Shown: piece after piece, positions 9,445 through 19,071 of the stretch
Position numbering within the stretch: position 1 is the first letter of the stretch
Layout: every line of letters starts with the position of its first letter
DNA from: Deltaproteobacteria bacterium
Lineage (GTDB): Bacteria > JAEEML01
Assembly: GCA_016283195.1 (NCBI GenBank)
Contig: JAEEML010000135.1
Location: forward strand, 1,857-65,856
Direction of reading: 5' to 3'
Length of the DNA: 64,000 bases
Made by a program: the position numbers and the translations under genes
Notes under the pieces: model-generated
Told to the model about the DNA's origin: nothing
The model's database searches: none
The model's input: only the letters and a program-made list of their open reading frames with translations

Positions 9445-10956
9445 ATGGAAAATAATAATACTGCCGGCACAGAGCATTCCGAAAGCTCGCGGGAAAAGGA
9501 AGAGAAACAAAAAAAGGCCGTAATCGGTTGTTTTGTCGGCTGCCTTTTTTTTCTTTTATTTATTATTTCAATATTTATCGCTATTGCCTTTATTGAAACT
9601 TTTCTCGAAGATGAACCCACACCGGAAAGCGCTAGCTTAGCCGCTCAAACGCCGGCATGGGTGGACGATGCCGCAAGTGAAGAAGCTGCTGGATCTGCCG
9701 CCCAAGCTGATGGCGCCAGCGAGGCGGCCGCCTATAGAGCTGATGGCAATAACGGCCTGCCCGCCTGGTATCCGGCCGATCCACTGCATTTTCCCAATTT
9801 CCATGGCGAAAATCTGGCCCGGGTGGTTGATAATGCCGATACTTTAACGCCGGAGCAGGAAAAAGAACTTACTGAGCAAATAGAAAATATTGTGCAAAAA
9901 TATAACTTTGGCTTTGTCATTTTTACCGATAAAAGCACCCACGGCTTTTCTATGGAAACCTATTCGGTAGATTTCTTCCTCTTTAATGGTTATGGCCTTG
10001 GTGATGATTTTCGTGGCACCGTCTTTTTTCACTCGCTGGAACCGGGCAATCGCGGCTGGCGCACTACTTCTGTTGGCCTGGCGCAGCAAATTTTTAATTA
10101 TAGGGTGACCAATGGCCTGGATGATCTCATTGATAGCGATATTAGAGCCGGCCGCCACTATGAAGCTTATAAAAAATATGTAGCCGGAGTGGAAAATATT
10201 TACCATGATTATTTTGTCCTGCCTGCTTGGTACCTGGCCGGGGTAAACCCGCATGAAGGGCCGGTGAATTTGCCGGATTTGCCGAGCTCACCTGATATGA
10301 GCAAAGAGCATCTTATAGATAACGCCGGCATTTTTAATGATGCGGCCACCCGCCGGGCTATTGAAGAAAAAATCACTGATTTTATTAAAAAAACAGGAAA
10401 TGATTTGGTGGTTTTCACCGATACATCAACCCATAATATCCCCATTAAACAATATGGACGCGATTTTTACTATTTTAATGGCTTTAGTAAAGATGGCTAT
10501 ATTTTCGTGGTGCGTAAAGGCCAAGATGATAGCTCTTATTCTTCGGCGGCAGTGCTGATTGGCCGCCCTGCCGAGCTCTGCCAGGATTGTGATTTTAGCG
10601 CCCGCATCGATAGGGAAAACGGCCTTTCCGGCTCTTTGGAGAGCTTTATGGGGCTCACTTCTTTCTTTGCCGAAAACGAGCGCCTGCCCATTGATCAAGA
10701 TCTTTTGATTTTAGCCTTTATCATCTCCGCTTTTATTAATCTTATTGTTACTATTATTATTATGACGGTCATTAAAAGAAGTATGACGGTGATTGTACCG
10801 GCCGATGCCGATAGTTATCTTGCGGCCTTTAATTTAAGAACTCATTGGAGCAAATATCTTTATAAAAGTGTCAGCAAAACGCGGCGCCAAAAGAGCAGCT
10901 CCGGCAGCCGATCCAGCAATGGTACGAGTTATTCCAGCAGCGGGCGCAATTATTAA
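9445..10956 (+). CDS. Membrane protein with two tandem TPM (TLP18.3/Psb32/MOLO-1) phosphatase-like domains and a Ser-rich tail
   Basis: N-terminal TM helix. Two copies of the TPM-like pattern are present (LTPEQEKELTEQIENIVQKYNFGFVIFTD...GYGLGD...; ATRRAIEEKITDFIKKTGNDLVVFTD...). A second TM helix (LILAFIISAFINLIVTIIIMTVI) is followed by an S/G/R-rich tail. It lies 3 nt after the zinc-ribbon gene, so the two are probably co-transcribed. Confidence 0.6.
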   Translation: MENNNTAGTEHSESSREKEEKQKKAVIGCFVGCLFFLLFIISIFIAIAFIETFLEDEPTPESASLAAQTPAWVDDAASEEAAGSAAQADGASEAAAYRADGNNGLPAWYPADPLHFPNFHGENLARVVDNADTLTPEQEKELTEQIENIVQKYNFGFVIFTDKSTHGFSMETYSVDFFLFNGYGLGDDFRGTVFFHSLEPGNRGWRTTSVGLAQQIFNYRVTNGLDDLIDSDIRAGRHYEAYKKYVAGVENIYHDYFVLPAWYLAGVNPHEGPVNLPDLPSSPDMSKEHLIDNAGIFNDAATRRAIEEKITDFIKKTGNDLVVFTDTSTHNIPIKQYGRDFYYFNGFSKDGYIFVVRKGQDDSSYSSAAVLIGRPAELCQDCDFSARIDRENGLSGSLESFMGLTSFFAENERLPIDQDLLILAFIISAFINLIVTIIIMTVIKRSMTVIVPADADSYLAAFNLRTHWSKYLYKSVSKTRRQKSSSGSRSSNGTSYSSSGRNY

Positions 10957-10983
10957 AATTTAGCGGTAGTTACAAGGTAGGCC

Positions 10984-11952
10984 TTAATCTTCCAGATGAT
11001 AGATCCGGCGCACGGCGTAAATGGGTTTGCCGGTGCTTTCATAATAAATGCGGGCATTCATTTCGGCCAAAATGCCGAGAGCGATGCTCTGCACCGAGAG
11101 GATGGAAAGGAGTACGGCGAGCAGTAAAAGCGGGTTGTTGGTCATATCCCAGCCGTAAACAATTTTGAGCACAATGGAGGCGGCAAGAGTTAAAAAGGCT
11201 AAAAAGAGGGTAAAAAAGCCGATGCCGCCAAAGAAGTGGATGGGTTTGGTGGAATAGCCTAAAAGGAATTTCACCAGCATGAGGTCTAAAATAACCCTAA
11301 AGGTGCGTGAAAGGCCGTATTTGGTGTGGCCGGTGGTGCGGGCCCGGTGATTTACCGGCACTTCGCTGATTTTTACGCCGTACATGGAGGCCACGGCAGG
11401 AATAAAGCGGTGCATCTCGCCATAGAGGCGAATATGCTTTAAGACATCGGCTTTATAAGCCTTTAAACTGCACCCGTAATCGTGGAGGCGCACGCCGGTT
11501 TGCATGGAGATGAGCTTATTGGCAATCATGGAAGGCAGGCGGCGGGTGAAAAAGTGATCTTTTCTATGTTTGCGCCAGCCGGAGACCAAATCAAAGCCTT
11601 TATCCATTTCGGCGAGGAGTAGCGGAATGCCGCTGGGGTCGTTTTGCAAATCGCCGTCCATGGTGATGATGATTTCGCCTCTGGCGGCATCCATGCCGGC
11701 GGCCATGGCGGCAGTTTGGCCGAAATTGCGTCTTAAGCTAATGATGGTGGCGGCAGCGCAGCTTTTGGTGACGGCATGTAAATTTTCTACCGTTTTATCG
11801 CGGCTGCCGTCATCGACATAGATAATTTCATATTCTTTGCCCAGTTTATCCAGCTCGGCTACCAGCTCATTATGCAGGGTAACCACGGCTTCTTCCTCAT
11901 TGTGTAAAGGAATAACTACTGAAATATATGGCGTTTTTTCTTGCTCGGTCAT
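10984..11952 (-). CDS. GT2 polyprenyl-phosphate sugar transferase (ArnC/DPM1-like)
   Basis: YISVVIPLHNEEE...YEIIYVDDGSRD...DGDLQNDP plus two C-terminal TM helices: classic ArnC/GtrB-type architecture. It lies 2 nt after the sigma-54 regulator gene. Confidence 0.8.
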   Translation of the reverse strand: MTEQEKTPYISVVIPLHNEEEAVVTLHNELVAELDKLGKEYEIIYVDDGSRDKTVENLHAVTKSCAAATIISLRRNFGQTAAMAAGMDAARGEIIITMDGDLQNDPSGIPLLLAEMDKGFDLVSGWRKHRKDHFFTRRLPSMIANKLISMQTGVRLHDYGCSLKAYKADVLKHIRLYGEMHRFIPAVASMYGVKISEVPVNHRARTTGHTKYGLSRTFRVILDLMLVKFLLGYSTKPIHFFGGIGFFTLFLAFLTLAASIVLKIVYGWDMTNNPLLLLAVLLSILSVQSIALGILAEMNARIYYESTGKPIYAVRRIYHLED

Positions 11953-11954
11953 AA

Positions 11955-13352
11955 CTACTCCTCATCCTGAAAACCATATTTTTTCAGGCGATAGCGCATG
12001 GATCTAAAAGTTAGGCCCAAAAGCTTGGCGGCGTGAGTTTTGCTGCCGCCGCTCTGCCTTAGAGCCTGTTCTAAAAAGTTTTTTTCGATGCTGTCTATAT
12101 AATTTTCCAAATTTATGCCGGTAGTGGGCAGAGTTTCCCCCGGCTGGGGCAGAGTTTCTTCATGTTGTTGCATAAATTCCGGCAAATCTATCAAGCGAAT
12201 CTGGCTACTGTCGCAGAGGGCCAGAGCGCGCTCCATGATATTCTCCAGTTCGCGGATATTGCCGGGATAATTGTAACGAATAAGGGCATTTAGCGCCTCT
12301 TCCTGAATGGCCATCGGTGCTTTTAGGCCCATGTCTGCGCCATATTTTAAGAGAAAAGCCCGTGCCAGAGTGGGAATATCCTCTTTGCGCTCTCTTAAAG
12401 GCGGCACTTTTATGCTCACCACATTAAGGCGGTAATAAAGATCCTCGCGAAATTCGCCGTTTTCCACCAGAGCTTTTATGTCTCTATTGGTGGCCGAAAT
12501 AACGCGCACATCTATGGAGCGCTCTTTGGCCTCGCCCACGCGGCGGATGGTTTGCTCTTGCAAGACGCGCAGGAGTTTTACCTGCATGGCAAGAGGCAGC
12601 TCGGTTACTTCGTCTAAAAAGATGGTGCCACGGCTCGCGCTTTCAAAGAGGCCGATATGCTCTTTGTCGGCGCCGGTAAAAGAGCCTTTAATATGGCCAA
12701 AAAGCTCGCTTTCGATGAGATTATCGGGAATGGCGCCGCAGTTGATAGCGCAAAAAGTCTCTTTTGCTCTGGGGCTTTTTTGGTGAATATAGCGGGCTAA
12801 AAGCTCCTTGCCGGTGCCGCTTTCGCCTAAAATAAGCACCGAAGTTTTAGCGCGGGCTACTTTAGCGGCTAGTTCCAAGGTGGCCATGAGAGCTTCGCTT
12901 TTGCCGAAAATTTTGCTGCTGCCCGGCCCCTCGAGCAGTTTTTGTTTTAGGGCCAGATTTTCGGTTAAAAGCTCGTATTTTTCCAGCGCTTTTTGGATAA
13001 CCAGCGATATTTCGTCGATTTTAAAAGGCTTTATTTGATAGTCGTAGGCGCCGGCCTTCATGGCTTCCACGGCATTTTCGGCTGTAGCAAAGGCCGTCAT
13101 CATAATAACCTGAATATTGGGATTTATGGCGCGTGTTTCTGCTAAAATAGTCATGCCGCTGCCGTCGGGCAGGCGTAAGTCGCTGATTACCAAGGCGAGT
13201 TCACTGCTTTTAGCCCGCAAAATGCCAAGAGCCTCTTGCAAGTTGGCCGCCGTTAGTACTTCATGCTGCATATCACTCAGCAAAAAGCTTAAAAGCTCGC
13301 GCATCCCCTGTTCGTCATCTACTACTAATATTTTGGCCATAACGCCTCTCAC
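11955..13352 (-). CDS. Sigma-54-dependent response regulator (NtrC/PilR family: REC, AAA+ and Fis-type HTH)
   Basis: REC domain (ILVVDDEQGMRELL...D). The AAA+ sigma-54 interaction domain has Walker A (GESGTGKE), GAFTGA (GSFTGADKEH) and ESELFGH motifs. A C-terminal HTH is present (HAAKLLGLTFRSMRYRLKKYG). Confidence 0.9.
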   Translation of the reverse strand: MRGVMAKILVVDDEQGMRELLSFLLSDMQHEVLTAANLQEALGILRAKSSELALVISDLRLPDGSGMTILAETRAINPNIQVIMMTAFATAENAVEAMKAGAYDYQIKPFKIDEISLVIQKALEKYELLTENLALKQKLLEGPGSSKIFGKSEALMATLELAAKVARAKTSVLILGESGTGKELLARYIHQKSPRAKETFCAINCGAIPDNLIESELFGHIKGSFTGADKEHIGLFESASRGTIFLDEVTELPLAMQVKLLRVLQEQTIRRVGEAKERSIDVRVISATNRDIKALVENGEFREDLYYRLNVVSIKVPPLRERKEDIPTLARAFLLKYGADMGLKAPMAIQEEALNALIRYNYPGNIRELENIMERALALCDSSQIRLIDLPEFMQQHEETLPQPGETLPTTGINLENYIDSIEKNFLEQALRQSGGSKTHAAKLLGLTFRSMRYRLKKYGFQDEE

Positions 13353-13371
13353 CTCGCCGCTAGTTCTAATA

Positions 13372-15024
13372 CTAGCCGGGGTTTTTGGGAATATTCAATA
13401 TGAAGGTGGCACCATTCCCCGGGGTGCTTTGTACCTGGATGGTGCCGGAGTGTTCTTCGATAATGCGCCCTACAATGGCGAGCCCCAGGCCGCTGCCCTG
13501 GCTTTTAGTGCTGAAAAAGGGCACAAAGAGGTGTTTTAGCTGCTCTTTGGTAATGCCTGCTCCATCATCTTTGACTATTATACTGAGTGTATCGGCTGTT
13601 TCGGCCAAATCGATAATTATTTTATGTTCCATGGCGTCATTGCAGGCATCTATGGAATTTTTCAAAAGATTCCAAATAACTTGCCGGAGCTTGGCGCCGT
13701 CGGCATTGATGGTTATATGCTGGCTACCCAGTACTGCCAGTTTTATATAGGCCGGTAAATCATTTTGCAAAAGAGCCACTGTTTCTCGGCAGAGCTGGCT
13801 GATATCACAGGGACTAAGATTGATTTTTTGCGGGCGGGCATAGGTTAAAAAATCGCTTATCAGGCTGTTTAGGCGGTCGATTTCTCTAACGGCAATATTA
13901 ATAAGCCCCTGCTCGGCTCCCTCTTTGGGCAGGCGGCGGGCCAAAAGCTCAATACTGCCGCGCACGCTGGCCAGGGGATTTCTTATCTCGTGAGCCATGC
14001 CGGCGGCGAGTTCGCCAAGGGAAGCCAGGCGCTCTTTTTGGTGCAACTGCCGCTCCATTTGCTGCACGGTGCTGACATCTTGGAGGGTAATAATATGGCC
14101 CAAAGTTTTATCATTTTCCATTAAGGGGCTAAAGCGCACCAAAAGAGCTTCGGCGCCGTCTTCCCGGCCGGTGGTAATTACTTTACCCTCACTATAACCA
14201 TTTAGCTCTTCACTAAAGATAACTTTCAGCTCCTGGCCGATTTCCAGCTTTTCATCTTCGCACATCAGCTTGGCCAAATTGTTAACAAATACCACCTGAT
14301 CTTGGCTGTTTAAGGTAATGACGCCAACAGGCAGATTTTGCAAAACGGCCAGGTGAAATTCTTTTAATTTGCTTAAATCATGGCTCACTGCAATGGCTGT
14401 GTGGTGGGCTCTATTGGCCTGCTCCGACAAAAAGATGGTGAGCAGAGTAACCATGTAAATGCTAAAAGTGTGCACCAAAGCGGCATTTAAATAAACCATG
14501 AGCCCGATAGAGCCGTTATTGCTGGAAATAGGCGGCACCAATATGCCGTTATATTGCAGAATAATTTCCGCCAGATAGATGAGCGCCGCCGCCGTTGCCA
14601 GGGTGAGCGAGCCAAAGCGCGCCAAAATAACTGCTCCGTTGATAGCCGTTAAGAGAAAGAAGAAAGAAAAGGCACTTTGTACGCCGCCGGTAAAATATAA
14701 AATAGCGGCCGCAAAGAGAAGATCGCCAGCTAACTGGGTAACCACCTGGCCCAAAACCGGAGCTTTAAATTTAAAGATAACGGCATAGATGAGGTTGGCT
14801 AAAAAAGAGAGGCCGGCCACAGTGTAAAGTGGCACTAAAGCTAATATTTCGGCCGGTGTACTGGCCCGGGCATGGGCCACAATAGTGCTGATTAAGAGGC
14901 CGGAGAGGATAATCGTGCGAAAGCCCACCAGGAGCAAAAGACGGCGGCGGCGCTCTTCCCACATATTTTGCTCGGAGATGATATTTAGCGTATTTTCTTT
15001 TAAAACCGGCTGGTTATTTGGCAT
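13372..15024 (-). CDS. Sensor histidine kinase with a multi-TM N-terminal domain, PAS, HisKA and HATPase_c (PilS/NtrB-like)
   Basis: About 6 N-terminal TM helices, a PAS-like region, the H-box (MAHEIRNPLASV) and N/G1/G2 boxes (NLLKNSIDA...DDGAGI...GSGLGLAIV). It is cognate to the adjacent regulator. Confidence 0.85.
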   Translation of the reverse strand: MPNNQPVLKENTLNIISEQNMWEERRRRLLLLVGFRTIILSGLLISTIVAHARASTPAEILALVPLYTVAGLSFLANLIYAVIFKFKAPVLGQVVTQLAGDLLFAAAILYFTGGVQSAFSFFFLLTAINGAVILARFGSLTLATAAALIYLAEIILQYNGILVPPISSNNGSIGLMVYLNAALVHTFSIYMVTLLTIFLSEQANRAHHTAIAVSHDLSKLKEFHLAVLQNLPVGVITLNSQDQVVFVNNLAKLMCEDEKLEIGQELKVIFSEELNGYSEGKVITTGREDGAEALLVRFSPLMENDKTLGHIITLQDVSTVQQMERQLHQKERLASLGELAAGMAHEIRNPLASVRGSIELLARRLPKEGAEQGLINIAVREIDRLNSLISDFLTYARPQKINLSPCDISQLCRETVALLQNDLPAYIKLAVLGSQHITINADGAKLRQVIWNLLKNSIDACNDAMEHKIIIDLAETADTLSIIVKDDGAGITKEQLKHLFVPFFSTKSQGSGLGLAIVGRIIEEHSGTIQVQSTPGNGATFILNIPKNPG

Positions 15025-16045
15025 TTTCCAGAACTTCCTTGCTACTTTTGCGCCTTAGGAGCCAGATTATGCCCCCGACCAGAGTGAGGGCCTCAGCGGC
15101 CCAAAAGCCGAGAGCAGCCGAGAGCACAGAGGCTGAGAGGCCGAGCTCTTTGGAGAGCATTAGGGCCTGGACAATCTCCCGGATGCCTTCGCCGGCTACG
15201 GTAAAGGGGCTTAGAACCGTAGCCACAATTTGCACTGTAGAGCCTAAAGTAACCACCCAAAACGGTGCCGAAGCTCCAATGGAGAGAGCAGTAAAATAGT
15301 ACATGGCCGCAGTGGCAAAATGGACCATAAAAGATAAAAACAAGAGGGCCAAAGTAACAGAGTAGCGGCCTTTATAGGCGCTGATAGCGGCGCAGAAGTG
15401 CTCTTTTTGCGCTTTAAATCTTTGCGGCAAGGGAATTTTGCCGATGATAAAAGCCATGGGCATGGGGAAGAGAAGTAAGCAGATAGTAGCAATAACAACC
15501 AGAGTAGCTAAAGGAACGGTGATCATGGTTATAAGGCGGGTGTGCTCACCGAAAACCGAAGCCCCCAGTGGATAACTAACCAAAAATGTAAGAAAAATTC
15601 CCGCCAGGCCCAGTATTTTTTCCAAAACTGTAGCGGTTACCGATTCCGCTACTTTACCGCTACCGCGTGCCGCATCGTAAAGTTTGTAACCGTCGAGCCC
15701 CAGAGTTGATGGCAAAAAAGTGCCAATAAAACGGCCAATTAAAAATGTACCCACCAAATAGAGGAAGGGGTAACAAATACCTTCGACTTTTAATAATAGA
15801 TACCAGCGCGTCATACTGGAGAGTATTCCCAGCATCTTGATGGCGGCAGCCAGCAGTAAAAAGGGCAAAAGAGTTTTTAATTCCAAAGAAGGCAGTTTTT
15901 GGCTTATAGCCTGCCAGGTGGTAATAACGCTGCCGCTGCCGTCTTGTACTTTGTGGTTTAAAAGCAGATAAAACGCGGCAATCGTTAAGACGATTTTTAT
16001 AATAGTTATAAGTGGTTTGGTGTTTATAGAACTTTTTACCATCAC
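15014..16045 (-). CDS. Flippase-like / lysylphosphatidylglycerol-synthase-TM-region family membrane protein (UPF0104-like)
   Basis: 343 aa with ~8 TM helices. The N-terminal pattern (IIKIVLTIAAFYLLLNHKV...) is typical of the flippase-like family that often accompanies GT2 enzymes. It overlaps the kinase gene by 11 nt and nnr by 4 nt. Confidence 0.45.
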   Translation of the reverse strand: MMVKSSINTKPLITIIKIVLTIAAFYLLLNHKVQDGSGSVITTWQAISQKLPSLELKTLLPFLLLAAAIKMLGILSSMTRWYLLLKVEGICYPFLYLVGTFLIGRFIGTFLPSTLGLDGYKLYDAARGSGKVAESVTATVLEKILGLAGIFLTFLVSYPLGASVFGEHTRLITMITVPLATLVVIATICLLLFPMPMAFIIGKIPLPQRFKAQKEHFCAAISAYKGRYSVTLALLFLSFMVHFATAAMYYFTALSIGASAPFWVVTLGSTVQIVATVLSPFTVAGEGIREIVQALMLSKELGLSASVLSAALGFWAAEALTLVGGIIWLLRRKSSKEVLENAK

Positions 16046-17598
16046 TTTCCCGTAAGTTTAATAATGGCTTTGCCCAAAGCAAGAGCTACATCGCTGGGCA
16101 AAAGACTATAGGCGGAAAGGTCATTTAAGAGATTATCGGCGGCAAAACCGTGGAGATAAACACCCAGACGGGCGGCATCGTAACTATTTAGGCCATAGGC
16201 TAAAAAGGCCCCTATTATGCCGGTGAGCAAATCGCCGCTACCGCCGGTAGCCAGGCCGTTATTGCCGCTCATGTTGATGGACCAGTGCCCTTCCGGAGTG
16301 GCTACTATAGTTGGTGCCCCCTTTAAAACAACTGTAAGATCAAACTTTTGCGCTGCTTTTTGCGCTGCTGCCAGCGGGTCTTGCAATATTTGATCCACCC
16401 GCAGGCGAATTAGGCGGGACATCTCACCGGGGTGCGGGGTGATAACTGTCCCCGGCCGGCCGATAGGCAGTAGAGTAGGGTAGGCGGCGATAATATTTAA
16501 AGCGCCGGCATCGAGAACCATGGGAATATCGTTTTGTTGCAAAACGGTATAAAGGAGGTGCCGTTCATCGCTGCCCTCATTCCAGCCCGGGCCAAAGGCC
16601 AGTGCTGCTTTGCGGTCGGCCAGCGCGCCTATGGTATTTAATACCTCAGTGGGATCGCTATAAGGCAAAGTGAGACATTCCGGCGGCAAGGAGCGCTCAC
16701 CGGCCAGAGTCTCTTTGGTGGCGGCCACGGTGCAAAGGCCTACGCCGCTCCTCAGGGCTCCCATGGCGCATAAAGTGAGAGCTCCGCTTTTGCCCACCGA
16801 ACCGCCCAAAATAAAGAGATGACCAAAGGTGCCTTTGTTGGCGATAACATCGCGCTTTGGCAAAAGCTTTAAAGCATCTTTACCAGTAAAGGCGGCGCCC
16901 TTTATCTCGTCGCACATTAAAAGCGGCTTTGGGATACCGATATCGGCTACCGTTACTTCACCGGCCAAAGAGGCGGCCGGTTGCAGCAAAAGCGCCGGTT
17001 TTAAAGCGCTGAAAGTGATGGTTTTTTGCGCTTTGATAACCGGGCCGACAATTTGGCCGCTGTCGCTTAAAAGGCCGGAAGGAATATCTACAGCCACTAC
17101 CGGGCAGGAAAGCTCATTGCAAATTTTGGCCGCCTCGGCGGCTGCCCCACCAAGCGGACGGTTGGAACCTACGCCGAAGATGGCATCAACTACCAGTTTG
17201 GCAGTGAAAAGGCGGGGCAGAAGCCATTTGGCTATTTTGTCAACCTGCGGGATTTCTTCAATAATTACTTCGCTATGGCTAAAGCGCAGCATATCGTAAC
17301 TTTGCCGAGTTTCGCCTTTTAGAGCACTCACGGTGCCAAAGATAATCACTTGCACGGCAATATTATTATCGGCCAAAGTTCTGGCTACGACAAAGCCATC
17401 GCCGCCGTTACCGCCCGGCCCGCAGAGAACGGCCACATAGCCGCCGGCGCTTTTTTCTTCTTGGTGCAAAATGTCCAGAATATGGGCCGCTACGGCTCGT
17501 CCTGCTGTTTCCATTAAAACAATGGCCGGAATTTGGCATTCTTTAATGGCTCTTTCGTCTAAAAGGCGCATTTCTTCGGAAAAACAAACCGCAGGCAT
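16042..17598 (-). CDS. nnr: Bifunctional NAD(P)H-hydrate epimerase / ADP-dependent dehydratase
   Basis: N-terminal YjeF_N domain (VLCGPGGNGGDGFVVAR) and a C-terminal carbohydrate-kinase-like dehydratase domain (GPGW...MSGNNGLATGGSGDLLTG). Confidence 0.85.
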   Translation of the reverse strand: MPAVCFSEEMRLLDERAIKECQIPAIVLMETAGRAVAAHILDILHQEEKSAGGYVAVLCGPGGNGGDGFVVARTLADNNIAVQVIIFGTVSALKGETRQSYDMLRFSHSEVIIEEIPQVDKIAKWLLPRLFTAKLVVDAIFGVGSNRPLGGAAAEAAKICNELSCPVVAVDIPSGLLSDSGQIVGPVIKAQKTITFSALKPALLLQPAASLAGEVTVADIGIPKPLLMCDEIKGAAFTGKDALKLLPKRDVIANKGTFGHLFILGGSVGKSGALTLCAMGALRSGVGLCTVAATKETLAGERSLPPECLTLPYSDPTEVLNTIGALADRKAALAFGPGWNEGSDERHLLYTVLQQNDIPMVLDAGALNIIAAYPTLLPIGRPGTVITPHPGEMSRLIRLRVDQILQDPLAAAQKAAQKFDLTVVLKGAPTIVATPEGHWSINMSGNNGLATGGSGDLLTGIIGAFLAYGLNSYDAARLGVYLHGFAADNLLNDLSAYSLLPSDVALALGKAIIKLTGK

Positions 17599-17608
17599 GG
17601 TTACTCCG

Positions 17609-18250
17609 TTAGGCTAAAAGTCGCTCTATGGCTTTGAGACAGGCAGCTGTTACCTCTTCCACACTTTGGGCGGCATTGATGACGATAGCCCCAGGATCGG
17701 CGGCATAGAGCTTTTCATAACGGGAGGCTACATCGGCCAGAAGCGCCTCTTCTTCAAAGCGTTCTTGGGGCGCGCCGCGCTTTTCCCGGCGGGCGGCTGC
17801 AAGAGCCACAGGGAGAGAAAAATAGAGTGTTAAATCCGGCTTTTTCGCCCGACTGTTTAGCTCTTTTACCCAGTCCTCACCGCAAAGGGCGCCTTGATAA
17901 ACCAGCGAAGAGCCATAGTATCTGTCGGTTATGACTATTTTTCCCGCTTTTATGGCTGGCTCTATTTCGGCCGAAAGATGGTGCAAACGGTCGGCGGCAA
18001 AGAGCAGGGCTATGGCGGGATCATTTAAAGTAACTAAATGATTTTTATCATCTTTTAAGGATGAAGTCAAAGCACTGCGGATAATTTTACCAATGAAGTT
18101 GTCCGAAGGCTCACGCGTTAGATGAACCTCGCGGCCGCTGGCCGTAAGCGCCTTTTTGAGGCGCTCTAGCTGAGTAGTGGTGCCGGCACCGTCAATGCCC
18201 TCAAGAGCTACCAAAAGCCCCTTATTTGCGGGAAAATCAGCCGGCGCCAT
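17609..18250 (-). CDS. tmk: Thymidylate kinase
   Basis: P-loop LEGIDGAGTTTQ and a DRY-like motif (TDRYYGSS), 213 aa. Confidence 0.85.
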   Translation of the reverse strand: MAPADFPANKGLLVALEGIDGAGTTTQLERLKKALTASGREVHLTREPSDNFIGKIIRSALTSSLKDDKNHLVTLNDPAIALLFAADRLHHLSAEIEPAIKAGKIVITDRYYGSSLVYQGALCGEDWVKELNSRAKKPDLTLYFSLPVALAAARREKRGAPQERFEEEALLADVASRYEKLYAADPGAIVINAAQSVEEVTAACLKAIERLLA

Positions 18251-19025
18251 TTAAAGCCCCTTCGTTATTGCTCTCAGCTACTGTTTTTTGTTTCGCCGTG
18301 AGGGCTTTTACAACGCGGTAAGTATATTCAAGAGCCGAGGTAATGCAGAAAAAGAGCGAGATATAAGTTAAAACGAGGCCCAAAACATGAAAACTCACAG
18401 GCAGCTTAAAGACAAAGAAATCAACAACATAAGTATGATGCACCAAAAGGGCGGCCATACCTGTTAAGGCAAACATGGTTTTTAATTTTCCGCCGCGGCT
18501 GGCGGCAATAATCATCCCTTCGCCGGCGGCAACCGTGCGCAGGCCGGTAATAAAGAGCTCACGTATAAGGACGATCAGCACCAGCCACATGGGCACCATG
18601 TGCCGGGGAATGAGTGCCACCAGGATGGTGAGGTAAACCAATTTATCGGCGAGAGGGTCCAAAAATTTTCCCATATTGGAAACTACAGCCATTCTTCTGG
18701 CCAAAAAGCCATCTAATATATCGGTGACACTAGAGAGGCAAAAAATGGCGCAGGCGAGGATGGCTGTTTGGCGGTTGTAAATGCCCGGGAGCAGCATAAT
18801 TAAAATAAGCGGCACGGAGAGCATGCGCGAAATAGTAAGAATATTGGGCAGATCAAAGTATTTTCTAAGAGCAAAGCTCACGCCGACAATGAGGAAGAAG
18901 TAGCCGGGCAGCAAAAAACAGAGAATATAATTGAATTGCGGATTGATAAAAGACCAAATACCGCCGCCGCCCATGACGATAACGCCCAGAGCCATAAAGA
19001 AATAAGTAATAACTTTCCAGAACAT
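18237..19025 (-). CDS. pgsA: CDP-alcohol phosphatidyltransferase (PgsA-like) with an N-terminal extension
   Basis: Signature D-G-x2-A-R...G...D-x3-D (DILDGFLARRMAVVSNMGKFLDPLADK). It has ~70 extra N-terminal residues carrying two additional TM helices. Confidence 0.7.
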   Translation of the reverse strand: MFWKVITYFFMALGVIVMGGGGIWSFINPQFNYILCFLLPGYFFLIVGVSFALRKYFDLPNILTISRMLSVPLILIMLLPGIYNRQTAILACAIFCLSSVTDILDGFLARRMAVVSNMGKFLDPLADKLVYLTILVALIPRHMVPMWLVLIVLIRELFITGLRTVAAGEGMIIAASRGGKLKTMFALTGMAALLVHHTYVVDFFVFKLPVSFHVLGLVLTYISLFFCITSALEYTYRVVKALTAKQKTVAESNNEGALNGAG

Positions 19026-19071
19026 CAGCCGCCTCCCAGCGGAACGGTAGAGATTAAATCAGCAGTAATTA

